Positions 37,586 to 48,967 of a stretch of DNA of 64,000 nt are shown piece by piece (the stretch's first letter is position 1; each line of letters begins with the position of its first letter). Source of the stretch: Antedon mediterranea (taxonomy: Eukaryota > Animalia > Echinodermata); NCBI RefSeq assembly GCF_964355755.1, contig NC_092672.1, forward strand, positions 24,565,237 through 24,629,236. The letters run 5' to 3'. The translations under genes and the position numbers were made by a program. The notes beneath the pieces are model-generated. The model ran no database searches and was not told where the DNA came from. It saw only the letters and a list, made by a program, of their open reading frames with translations.

Positions 37586-39896
37586 TAAGACACTGAACAG
37601 TACTATGTTTAAAAATAAAGGTGATTAATCAAAGGCTGATAACTCCTCCACATAAAACTCCTAGAAAGTAGGAAGCCTTTTGTCCTCTTCCCTGACTGAC
37701 TGAGCATATGATCTCTCTATTAATAATTTATATTGTAAACCTTATTATGTAAACAGAAATATCAATGAAAATTCTTCTTCACTAAAAAGTTTTTAAAGAT
37801 ATGCTACATTATTAGCAATTTACACCTAAATCCAGCCCTCAGTCTTAACCCTTTTCCAACATGCAATTTGTTTTTTGAGGATATTCACTACATTATTAGC
37901 AAATTACCCCCTAAATCCACCCTTTTCCAACATGGCTGTTGAAAAAGTGTGTCATCCATTGGAATAGTTTTATTGCCAGTATTGTATGTCTGTGGATTTT
38001 CCATCTGAATTGACATAGCAGCAATCAATCATTGTGCCACTTATGAATTTCATGTGTGAGAGCATTTCCGGCCATCTAGAGGTGTCATTTAACAAAATTT
38101 GCTTTAAATCCCGCTCCCTTTTCAGATCCTGGCTAAGGCCCTGGACATTTGGGCAATCCCCTTACGATAGTCCTGCTACCGCCCCTGTAAATAATTCTAA
38201 GCATGTGAAACAAAATACTGATTATTGATTATTTGAAAGTGGATAATTTAAAAACATAAAATATGTTGGTATCACATGGATGACACACACACAGAGTGAT
38301 ATATCACTTTGTTAGTTTTTCTGTCTTGTGCTGCTATCTGTATCGTGGTATTCAAGCTTTAAAGTTTAAAAAAATTAAGATAAAATGAGTTGAATATTTA
38401 TTATTGAAATGAGTAATTATTATTCAATTACATAATAAAAAATTAGTTTTGATAGCTGAATTCAATTAGCTTGGTGTTTATGAACATTACTATTACTACA
38501 TTAATACATAACTTGCTTGCTCATCTTGATTGTGCTAAATACTTATGCTAGGGTTTTATTTCTAGATTTTTCGTCCTCTTTTAATTCTATACAATCAAGT
38601 ATTTTAATGAAATCAGTAAAACAGCTTAAAGAATAATAGGAACTAAAGAGAACACTAAAGATATTGTTAAAAGTGCAATAAGTAAAAAGTAATTATGTCG
38701 GATGAGTATCACCCTTCCTCACCATTATCTTGTCTTTAGTAAGTCAGGGCGTTTAATATTGTTGGTGTTCCACTTTAGTGCTTGTTGACAATTAGGCTTA
38801 AATATAGTTGTTACTGTGTGCAAAACAATATCAGTTTTTTGTGGCAACAGTGTACAGTTATATGCTCTAATTTAAAATATAATCTTTAATGTGTATTATT
38901 ATCAATACATAATGCTATACATTATGTTTTTTCACGCTATGGTCATAAATTTCCATTTGAAACACTTTATAAAACATTGAAAACAATAGTGCCTTCACCA
39001 TTTTATTAAATTAATATTTTTTTAAACAGTATTTAATCAATAGTATGTTATTTTGTAGGGTTTTAATAAAGTTACTGTAAGTACTTCCGTAGAAAAAAAA
39101 TGGTGTTTTCACTTATAAAATGACAAATAAATGGTTAAATTCAACAAAAACCCATTGGCTGGCAGCCAATTTGAACATTTTTTCTTTAAATTATTTATTT
39201 AGAATTTTTTTTTTCAGGGGCCATTGCATTTTTAACAAAAAAACTTCAAAAACAAAAAAAATTTCACAAAGCTTCAATTGTTCTTACATGATTTTGTATT
39301 TTAAAAGCGCAATTTTTTAAACAAGTCACTTAAATGCCCTATGATCCCTGTGTATTATAATGATCAAAGATGCTAGTTGTACTGAATATTTTAGTATGAT
39401 TTATTCATCATTTTTAGTAATGCATTTTGCCATACTCTCTTTTATTGTCAACACACTACCAACTCCGTCCACCACCTCCTCCTCATTAAATAATGAAGAG
39501 CAATGATATTAAAGGATGTAATATAGACCCATATTAGACCCAGTTTTAGTTTGTAATTATTTTTTCCATAATACATTACAACGGCCTATACATTTTATAT
39601 TACACAGTGCCCTCGCTCATCATTTATTTTACTTAAATTCTGTTTATATTGTTAGCACTTTCAGTACCAGTGTACTGTTCAATAAAAACCCAAAAATATG
39701 TACAAAATTTTATTTAATTTAATTTTTTTAGACCTTTTTTACAAAACAACTTTATTGAAATAGCATTTAAATAAAAAAAAACTATTACCAGCATTAAACT
39801 AGATGATGATTTCATTTCATTATTCGGTCTATTTCAGTATATCCAAAAAAAATAAAATTGGGGAGACCAGGGTCAACCTAAGTGAACTTAATCACT

Positions 39897-39990
39897 GAGA
39901 CTCTAAGCTCACTATGTCAGTCGGTAGGTCGGTCGGTAAACACTAACTCAAATTTGCACACGTGACTAAAGCCATGTATACGGCCTTGTT
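39897..39990 (+). mobile_element. Helentron-associated HINE/DINE-1-like element, 5'-truncated
   Basis: GACTCTA..TCACTATGTC, (GTCG)n microsatellite, subterminal CACGTGACT, 3' stem-loop GCCATGTATACGGC, then CTTGTT. Similar to 52687-52805. Confidence 0.6.
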
Positions 39991-40098
39991 AATCATCTAT
40001 TTAAATAATAATAAATACAACATAGTATAAAACTGACTCCAAATAACAATGATTCAACGTTTCAAACTTTATTTGATCATCATCAGGAATGATGATAA

Positions 40099-40544
40099 TA
40101 TGTATTATTACTGGTCCTCAAGTTTAACTGGAAACTGAGGAAATTCGGATTAGGCCCTCCACGGACCCACGGCAGCCAGCAGTGCAGCGCCTACCAGATC
40201 AGCACACCGGGAGACGATCCCCTACTCTTTTCGAATAGTGTACCAAGTTCTTTAGCGTGCACTGTTAAGTACACGGGACCAACGGCTTTACGTCCCATTC
40301 GAAGGACGAGGCAATGAGAGTAAAGCATCTTGCCTAAGGATGCAATTAGTATGGTACAGATAACCTCGAACCCATGCCTATCACATGCTAGTTCGATATT
40401 ACCTTTCCACCATCACTCTCTGGTGTATATACAGCACCCGCCGCTATTTCTAGACGGTCTCCCATCCAGAACGCAACCGGGCCCAACGTTGCTTAACTTC
40501 GGTGATCTGACGAGAACCGGTGTTTCAACGCTGGATGGCCGTAT
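40099..40544 (-). mobile_element. Composite SINE: 5S rRNA head + tRNA-like segment + Deu-like central domain
   Basis: Minus strand: 5S-derived sequence, then GGTGGAAAGG...GGGTTCGAGG, then GGGACGTAAAGCCGTTGGTCCC...ACTATTCGAAAAGAGTAGGGG..CCCGGTGT resembling the DeuSINE domain, then a (TAA)-like tail. Confidence 0.7.
40428..40543 (-). pseudogene. 5S rRNA-derived sequence (SINE head)
   Basis: Reverse complement TACGGCCATCCAGCGTTGAAACACCGGTTCTCGTCAGATCACCGAAGTTAAGCAACGTTGGGCCCGGTT...GGATGGGAGACCG...GGGTGCTGTA follows invertebrate 5S rRNA with substitutions and indels. No oligo-T terminator follows. Confidence 0.9.
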
Positions 40545-41362
40545 AATTTGCACACCTGACTAAAGTCATGTATACGGCCTTGTTAATCATCTATTTAAAT
40601 AATATTTACAACATAGTATAAAACTGACTCCAAATAACAATGATTCAACGTTTCAAACTTTATTTGATCATCATCAGGAATAATGATAAAATGTAAGCAT
40701 TATTGTTATTATTATGGAATGCTTTATTAAATAGGTAACAGCAGTGAGCACCAGTGCTTTGCACAGTCTGTAGTATAATTAAAATGATTCCATCTTCTAT
40801 CATTGTTATATTTATTCATCTTCTTCATCATTATAGACAATAACAAACAAACTCGTTTAAATATAAATCTACCCACTGTAATGTTGGTGTTGCTACAGTT
40901 GTTCATATTTTAGAACAATGACAGATTATCAATGCTTACTTTATAGCATTCATTCAAGTATAAGCAATAATGTCAACAGTATACTATTTGAAAATCACAA
41001 GATAAAAAGATCAACTTTAATGATTTTGTAAAGCTTAATATTTGTTAACAGAATGTTCATTCTTTTAAATTCAAACTTTTATTTATCCACAAAATATCAA
41101 AGATTAAAAATAAACTTTAAAAATGTTAAAACAGTGATCGTGCCTTAAGTTACAAAGTTCAAAAGGATGAACTAAATCACCTAATAAAAACCTTAAAAGA
41201 GGCTACGAGGATGCTTGTTTTTATTGTCATTATTGAATAAATGTTATTGAATTGAAATTAAATTGAATTGAATTCACAGCCTACACATATAATAATATAC
41301 AAATAATGAATGTTTATGAGTGTAATGGTACAAATAATGGCACGAGGTCAATGATGAAAGGT

Positions 41363-41560
41363 TATATATCAGCGAGGCGACAGCGCAAAGTTGTGTCTTG
41401 ATCTAACCGGGTACCCATTTTATACACCTGGGTGGAGAGAGGCAAACGTAAGTAAAGTACCTTGCCTATTAGATACAAGCAATGCGGCGAGAGTTGGTTT
41501 CGAACCTCGATCTCATGATCAGTAGTCGAATGTCCAACACACTGCGCCACACGCCCTCAC
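41363..41560 (-). mobile_element. tRNA-derived SINE with conserved core domain
   Basis: A box TGGCGCAGTG and B box GGTTCGAAAC, then GGCAAGGTACTTTAC...GCCTCTCTCCACCCAGGTGTATAAAATGGGTACC (CORE/Meta-like core; exact domain not determined). Confidence 0.75.
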
Positions 41561-41751
41561 GAGGTATTATATAATATACAATAATAACAAAATATGATAT
41601 TTTAATTAAGTTAAAAATGAAAAACTACAATGTGTATTCCCTTTGCGTACTGTAAACCCATTTTTTATTGTTGCAAAGTTTCAAAATGACGCAATGAACT
41701 TTACTGCGTCCATTGGATTGAATGTTAAATCGACCAAATATAAGTCCTGAT

Positions 41752-41836
41752 AATGAACAGAACAGAGTATGCTCAGTATATTGAATAGAACAGAGTCTGC
41801 TCAGTATAATGAACAGAACAGAGTATGCTCAGTATA
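41752..41836. repeat. ~29-bp tandem repeat x3
   Basis: TGAACAGAACAGAGTATGCTCAGTATA repeated three times. Confidence 0.85.
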
Positions 41837-42620
41837 TGTGCATAAGCATGCGCAGATTAATATTTTGTGTAGATTACCATATCCTTTCATCTACCGTCCA
41901 CCTTCGTCTACCGTCCTGTCATAAAGTCGCTAGTAGTAGGTTTTATTGTAAATTCAGTGATTTCAAATTTTAACAGCACACCACATGCAACAGCTATACT
42001 AAATAGTAGTACTAATTATTGTCAGTATTTTCATTTCTATTGTAAATAAATAGTCAACAGATACCTCTTAGAATCAGGCTTCTGAGTCATGTCAGGCATA
42101 CATTCTACTCATTCACTCTTTATCAAAATTTGGGATTTTTAAAATGCCTTTCTTAATTTCCATCATATATATTCATTTATGACTGACAATTTCATTCTTA
42201 TAGGTTCATTCTACTGTAAAACAATAATACTCTCTTTTTCATTACATTCAGCCTCTTACATTAAAGTGGAGGTGTACTCAGGGCTTTTCCTTCTGTTATT
42301 TACTCCAGTATATTAATATTAGTAGGTACAAACATAAAAAATCATATCAAAATAAACAGTTTCTGAGAAATCAGAAAAATAAAAAAATGTTTAAAAATAT
42401 CGAAAAATCGCTGTGTATTTTTTTCAGCAGTTAGGTAATGACCTTAGTTGTAAAGGTCACGTTACCGTGTTATGTTACGTCACGTCTCCTCTCTCTCTCC
42501 TCGATATCGCTCGAGCTGTCAAGTCGCGCTACTACACGTGTATCATTTTCCGATCGAACGAACATTTTATTATTGTCTTGCATTTTGTTATTACTTTTTG
42601 CGTCTACTCTTAGCTTCAAA

Positions 42621-43176
42621 ATGAAGCACTGTATGGTATATAAGTGCCATAACAAGTCACATAGAGATAAGGACGTCAGTTATCATCGCATGCCGCTGAA
42701 AAACAAGCAATTGATGAAGAAGTGGCTTGAAGCCTTGAAACTTAAAAATCCGCCACAGAAAGGGATTCGCAGTGCCCACTTCGCGGAGGATGATGTACAG
42801 AGACAAGGGTAGAAAGACGATTCGCCCTGATGCTGTTCCAACACTGCATCTTGGTTATAAGATTCAATCGAGGCCGGAATCTTTTCGAACATCTAGCGTC
42901 AGCAGGCTTATGCCTAGTACATCATTATTTGAAGAAAATATTGAGGTATTTACTTTTATGTTTTGTTTATTAATTATAAATTTATAATATAATAAATAAT
43001 AATTTCACGCTGATGGTAGGTATCTAATCTACTAGCCTATTTAGTATTATAATGGATAGCTAGGGCCTAGGCCTAGCCAGTATAGAATAGTTAATATAGG
43101 ACTAGCCTATATTAATATTATACTATAATACTATACTACTCACTTGTCGGCCAGCTAGGCCTAATAATATAATACT

Positions 43177-43211
<35 letters not shown>

Positions 43212-45147
43212 GATAATAGAATACTATTCTAGCATTCATAAATATAAATGCTACTGCTGGCTAGACTAGAGAGGGGTAGGTTCCATGGTAGGCCTCTCTT
43301 TGATATCAAACACCATGAGAGATGCTGATCTCTTTTTCTTATGGTTATTATACTATACTCTATGGTTGACCTTGTTAATTACACTAATTAATTGATTAGT
43401 CTAATCTCTCTGTTTGAGACAATGGAAGGGCTGGAAGTGGGATGTGTTAATTATTATCACAGGCAGTATAGCCTATTCTGTGAAACTGTTTACTCTATGC
43501 CTTATACTTTACTAAACTGAATTTATTGATATTAAGTTGATAATATTGTCATTTCTGTATAATAAAATAGTATTACTGTAATGTAATGGTAATCAAACAA
43601 AAAGCAATGCAAAGCCATCCAGAAAACAAATACACTGGACATTATTTAAATGTTGTTTACATACTTTTGTTCCCCAGGATATGACAACCTACAGGGAAAG
43701 CTGATTGTAGCTGGAGACTGTAGGCATGATTCGCCGGGCAATAATGCGACATTTGGGACCTACTCTCTAATGGATACAGATACCGATCTGATATTGGCCT
43801 CTAAGACGGTATCAGTAAATGAGGAGGGGATACCAAATTCTCATCATCTTGAAAATGTTGGTTTAAAAAGATGTCTTGAAGAATTAAAGGTTTGAAATCT
43901 TGTGTTTTTCTGTGCTACAGTAGATGTCATGTTTTCAGTAATTTTTGTTTTGTATAATGTAGAAAATACATACATGTTTATTGTTTTACAGGAACACAAA
44001 CTGAATGTTGATATTATATCCACTGATCGCCACCCAATGATAGGAAAGACTTTACGTGAAAACTACCCAGAGATAAAACATGAGTATGATATATGGCACC
44101 TTGCTAAATCTGTGAGAAAGAGAGTTGCAGCTGTAGGAAAGAAGCACAAAGAGTTGCAAGTGTGGGAAAAAGGCATCATTAACCATCTGTGGTGGTCAGC
44201 CGAAACCTGCCAAGGAAGTGTCACACAGCTCATTGTAGGGATTTATTAATGTAGAATGTTTAATAATTAATCTCAAGCGACAGCAGTTTGTTTTAATCAC
44301 TAATAATGCATTCTGAAATATATTTAACAACAGGAACGTTGGACCTCTATTGTGCGTCACATAGTTGATGAACATGATTGGATTTGTGGCTTCGAGTACA
44401 TGAAGTGTAGTCATCCTCCACTTGAAGCAAACATGACAAAACCCTGGCTAACACCAGAAAGTGATGCCCATAAAGCACTACAAGATATTGTTACAAATAA
44501 TTTACTTCTGCGTGACTTGAAGAAGGTGAGTTATGCATTATGTATAAATAAATAGCTTTTCAGTATTGTGTGCATTCACTGGAGGTATTATCATTAAGAT
44601 AAATTGAATACAATTTTTAATTTACTGTATTTCTATTCAGGCAACAGAATTTTGTCACACTGGAAATTTAGAAGGATTCCATAACATGATGCTGAAGTAC
44701 ATGCCCAAACGTAGCAAGTTTGAGGACGAGGGAGCAATAGCTCGTACATATCTGGCTGTCATAGACAACAACATGACATCGAACAGATCATATGCAACAT
44801 TGGCCGATGGTGAAAGTCAATACCGTTTGGAGTGGTCCAAAAAATCCAGAATGTATGTGGTTAGGCGTGTGAAGGAAGCAAAGAAATATACCTTCAGGAA
44901 AGACTTGATGAAAGGTGTTTTTGACCGCGTCATCCACGGTTAGTTAATTGCTTTTAATCTGAACTCTTCATCATGCAATGAAAGAATTTACAGTACTGTA
45001 TATACACCTTTTTATGTATTTTACTTAACAACAGGCAAGAAGACTAAGTCTACCCTCGTGAAAGGAAAAATGAAGAGTTATATAAGGAAGGAGACAAAAC
45101 CAAGTAAAGCTGAAGCTGTGGCAAGCCACAAGTCAAGATTGAAATAA
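42621..45147 (+). pseudogene. Kolobok transposase (THAP + DDE), spliced, damaged at the 5' end
   Basis: Exons about 42621-42945, 43678-43889, 43992-44234, 44334-44525, 44641-44938 and 45035-45147. THAP: MKHCMVYKC...KKWL...IRSAHF (C>R), frameshift, then DAVPTL. Catalytic core: [37 protein letters not shown]. Confidence 0.88.
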
Positions 45148-45846
45148 GTGTTTACTACTGTTATTACTGTACTGAAAATGGTTAATTTAATGCCTACAGT
45201 ATATTGAATCGATTATAGATCTTCAAGATCAATGGCGAGTCCCATTTTAAGTTCATGTAAAATTTATACTGCTTTGATGTTATGATTTCATTAGATGGCA
45301 TCTGAATTTCAAAAATTGGATGTTTCGTCACAGTTCATCACATTAATTAGAGCGTGTATCTTGTTATGAATTTTCTCCAAAATTGCATTCTGAAACAATT
45401 GCCTTTCACATCAAATTGTTTTCATAATAGTTGCACATAATCCTGTTTACAATGCTAATACTGTACTGTCAACTGTTGAATGGTAGAAATTGCCTTCAGC
45501 TAGAGTAGAGCTAAATATTTTGCACAATAGTTTAACTTGTATCCATAATTGTTGATAGTTTTAATTTAGTGTACTGTAACAAGTTAATTATTGTTAGTCA
45601 ATATTTTTGAAAGCACTAATAACTGCAGTTTTTATTACAAAATAAAGATATTTTATTTCTCATACTATTCACCATTATTTATTTCATTTTCTTATACATA
45701 CATTAGTTACACAGTTATAACTACTACCGGTACAATATCAAACTGTAGTGGTATCATATTACAAGCAAATAATTTTGTAAAAAATACAGTACTGTACAGG
45801 TTATAAAGTACTAGAGGCAAGTGTTAAATGCATACAAACATTTATA

Positions 45847-46681
45847 TCAACCATCGTCGGAATTAAAAGGAAGTCCATCCACATCTATAAATCCTGTATA
45901 GATCCCACTATCCTCCGGATATTTGTCTCTAATTGCCCATACGCAGCATGATGGAATAGGCCTTCTGTCGTTTTTTCTTAGTCGCGAATACACCCACCAA
46001 ATGTAGCATCTGTATGCGATAAATCGATAAGTTCTGAAAATAAATAAATTTACAGTCAGCAGTTGGTCAAAATACAACTGGACAGGAACACACAATATGC
46101 AGTACACAGCCACAGTGGAAGGAGAGTATTAACATTGAATTAAATTGCATTAAATGTATTTTTATGACCCTTGCAAATCGTTAAATTTTGCACTGCAAAT
46201 AAAGACCGATATTTTGCTCGGAAATTTTAGATTTTTAAGCCCTATCGAGCGGCCGTACTAGGCCTACATACAATTATTACTAGCTAGGCCGGCGTACCTA
46301 CCTGTTCTTAATTTCATCTTGTGTCACGCTCTCGCCAAGAATGTCCTTTTTTTGAGACATAAACCAGCTCTAATACATCCTTGTCCATGCAAAGTTTTTT
46401 AAATTTCTCATTTATCAAACAGGTATTTTCTCCAATTTTGTCTTCTAATTCTACCCTCTCTCTACAACAAACGCTCCCCTTTACATTCTTCTTACGGCAA
46501 TTTCCACAATGACACCAATCAAGCGAGGTTAATCTCCATTCGTCTCTCTGTTGCTGGGGCCTAGGCTAGGCCTAGGCTGATTTACATCTTCGCCGTCGGC
46601 AGTTTGAGATGTTTGTATGGGCCTAGGTTCTGGTTCAAATGCATAACCATGTCTTTCAGGTCTAGGCCTACGATTAAACAT
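45847..46681 (-). pseudogene. KolX accessory protein (P2X7 cytoplasmic ballast-like Cys-rich domain), 2 exons, frameshifted
   Basis: Exon 1 (46681-46302): MFNRRPRPERHGYAFEP...(frameshift) WCHCGNC..VCCRE..CL...F..LC..DVL. Exon 2 (46033-45847): RTYRFIAYRCYIWWVYSRLRKNDRRPIPSCCVWAIRDKYP...YTGF. Confidence 0.85.
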
Positions 46682-47865
46682 TGCCGTTTGATCCGTCTAT
46701 CCACGCAATACAATCTTAATCTTAGACTTATTATTCGTATCCTAGTTTATCGAGTCGAGAAGAGATCGATCGAGTCGAGCGCGAGGAGGATCGGCGGAGG
46801 CGGCGAGGAGAGGCGAGGCGAGTAAAGAAAGCCAACAGCTCGCGCATGCGCAAATTGATTGACTCCCTAGAAAGTAAAAATTACCCACTTGGCTCAAGTG
46901 GGTAGTTTTTTTAATTACGTTAATTACACAAAAATAAATTGGTCAACCCCTAAAAAACACATCGGGAAGGAAAAATTTGGCTTCCGAAGAATCTGAAAAC
47001 ATATATGTATAATATTTTTGGAACTTACATATATTTTTTACGATTTTTTTAAAACGCATCGTTTTTTTTCAATTTACATGCAAATGAATAGGGAAAAAGG
47101 TTTGTAATTTGAACTATCCCCCCAGATGGCATTTTTTGATGTTTTTCAGAATAACCATGCAGCATACAACAAATTTAAAAAATACCTTAATTTAGATGAA
47201 AGTAATGTTTATTATGAACTGAATAAAATAAAAATGTGAAATTTTTTGAGAGCACCTCCACTTTAACATTCAAATTAATTCAGAATAAATACATTTGGAT
47301 GATGAAGCCTAAAAAAATACAGAATAACTAAAATACAAATATATTTTGATTTTCATTATGCATTACTTATTATACTCCATTTTATAGGTATAAAACATAC
47401 AGTGCTATAGTTTATAGTCAAACAGAAATAAAACTTTGTTTAATTTGGTTGCCAGCGCAATGTAGTCGCTACGCAAGTGAGTTGACCAATAACAAGCAAC
47501 AGTTCGTATAATCCATCACATCGTGATTGGTCAATTTGCTTGATTTAATTTACACAAAAATTGAATAGACTACAGACAAATGGACAGACTAAATGTTGGG
47601 ACAAACAAACTTATACATGCAATTATTACTCAGTAATCACCTCTGTAGTCCCATGGGTACTTTTTTACATAGTTATTGATTACAGTGCCTTAAAATATTC
47701 TTTAAATAATAATTGTGTAAATGAATTTGACCAGGACCTTACCATGCCAATCCATATCAATACTTTGAGTTACAATTGTAGATAATATATTGATATTCAT
47801 TTGTAGCTACAAGGCTTCATTATCTTAAGATTATTAGAGTATGCGTAACAGCAGTTGATCATACG

Positions 47866-48080
47866 CACTGTTTATATTTTATGTGGTGTAGTAGGTACAG
47901 GGGTAGTCCTATGCTACAGCAGTATATCATAATTACTGTTTATATTTTATGTGGTGTAGTAGGTACAGGGGTAGGGGTTCCTATACTACAGCATTATGGT
48001 CATAATCACTGTTTATATTTTATGTGGTGTAGTAGGTACAGGGGTAGTCCTATGCTACAGCAGTATGATCATAATCACTA
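47866..48080. repeat. ~70-bp minisatellite x3, with a further degenerate copy at ~48420-48480
   Basis: ACTGTTTATATTTTATGTGGTGTAGTAGGTACAGGGGTAG..CCTAT(G/A)CTACAGCA repeated. Confidence 0.85.
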
Positions 48081-48254
48081 TAGGGCTGGAAGTCATTCAA
48101 ATATATAGGGTTGTAATTGTATTAAACTACTGTGGAGTAGGGAATAGGGCAAAACATCTGACCAATTACTCAACTCCCTGACGCAAAGCTACTCCACAGT
48201 AGTTTAATACAATTACGCTGCGTACTTGGGCTCGAATCTAACCACTAGCCATCA

Positions 48255-48333
48255 GCGCAAGTGGTCAGAGGTATGAACGGCAGGCTAGTGATCTGGAGGT
48301 CGTGGGTTCGTCTCCCACCCAAGAACTTTTTTT
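48255..48333 (+). pseudogene. tRNA-like Pol III unit (degenerate) with oligo-T terminator
   Basis: A-box-like GTGGTCAGAGG, T-arm GTGGGTTCGTCTCCCAC, followed by T7. A full cloverleaf could not be confirmed. Confidence 0.5.
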
Positions 48334-48868
48334 GCAAGTATTCTCAAATGTACTTAGTATGAAGTACAAATGACGTCAGAGTTGGGCAAAACATCTGAAC
48401 AATCATTCAAATATACCAAATTCTATATTGTGTGGTGTCTGGTACAGGGGTATGGCTACATCAGTATGGTCATACTCGCTTAGTGCTTAGTATGTGACCT
48501 GATTTTAGTGAAGGTGACAAAGTCACATTCCTCAAATATGTATCATGTTCAAATAGACTTTAATACCATATAACCATAACATCTTTATTATTTTGTCTGT
48601 TTTTGTTATTGCAAGCATCCATACATATGGGGAATAGAAAGTGACCGCAATTAGGGCGAGGCGCCTGGGGGTAATGAGGTATCAAACTGACTGATTGTAC
48701 TGTGAAGTTTTAAACTATAATTGTAACAGGTATTCTGTACTTACTAGTATAAGATATGTTTTTATTCAACTGTGATATTTTATGTAAAGGTTGTCATTTT
48801 GTTTTTTGTTTTTTTTTTAACAAAAATGTGCATTTCTCTAACATATTTATTTTTAAAATGTTAAATAG

Positions 48869-48967
48869 AATGGCGAAACAGCATTGCATTGGGGTGCAGT
48901 AAATGGTCATGTTGATGTCTGCCAAATGTTGGTAGACATGGCAGCAGCAGTGGACCAACAAAATAAT
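48869..48967 (+). CDS. Ankyrin-repeat protein, internal 99-bp exon
   Basis: TAG|...|GTAAGT boundaries, phase 0. Encodes NGETALHWGAVNGHVDVCQMLVDMAAAVDQQNN, one ankyrin repeat. Not present in the ORF track. Confidence 0.88.

Larger units (their letters stand above)
39951..40689. repeat. ~145-bp direct repeats (39951-40098 and 40545-40689) flanking a SINE
   Basis: AATTTGCACAC(G/C)TGACTAAAG...TTTGATCATCATCAGGAAT(G/A)ATGATAA occurs twice with only a few differences. Confidence 0.92.
42265..47262. mobile_element. Kolobok DNA transposon (4998 bp, both ends present)
   Basis: 16-bp TIR AGTGGAGGTG(TA/CT)CTCA, TTAA TSD (42261-42264, 47263-47266), and two convergent genes: a THAP-DDE transposase and KolX. 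Confidence 0.92.

Noticed and set aside
40428-40543. Functional 5S rRNA gene
   Set aside because: Has indels and substitutions, lacks an oligo-T terminator, is not in an array, and is fused to a SINE body.
45847-46113. Host P2X purinoceptor 7 gene
   Set aside because: No transmembrane or ectodomain exons; lies inside Kolobok TIRs, so it is KolX.
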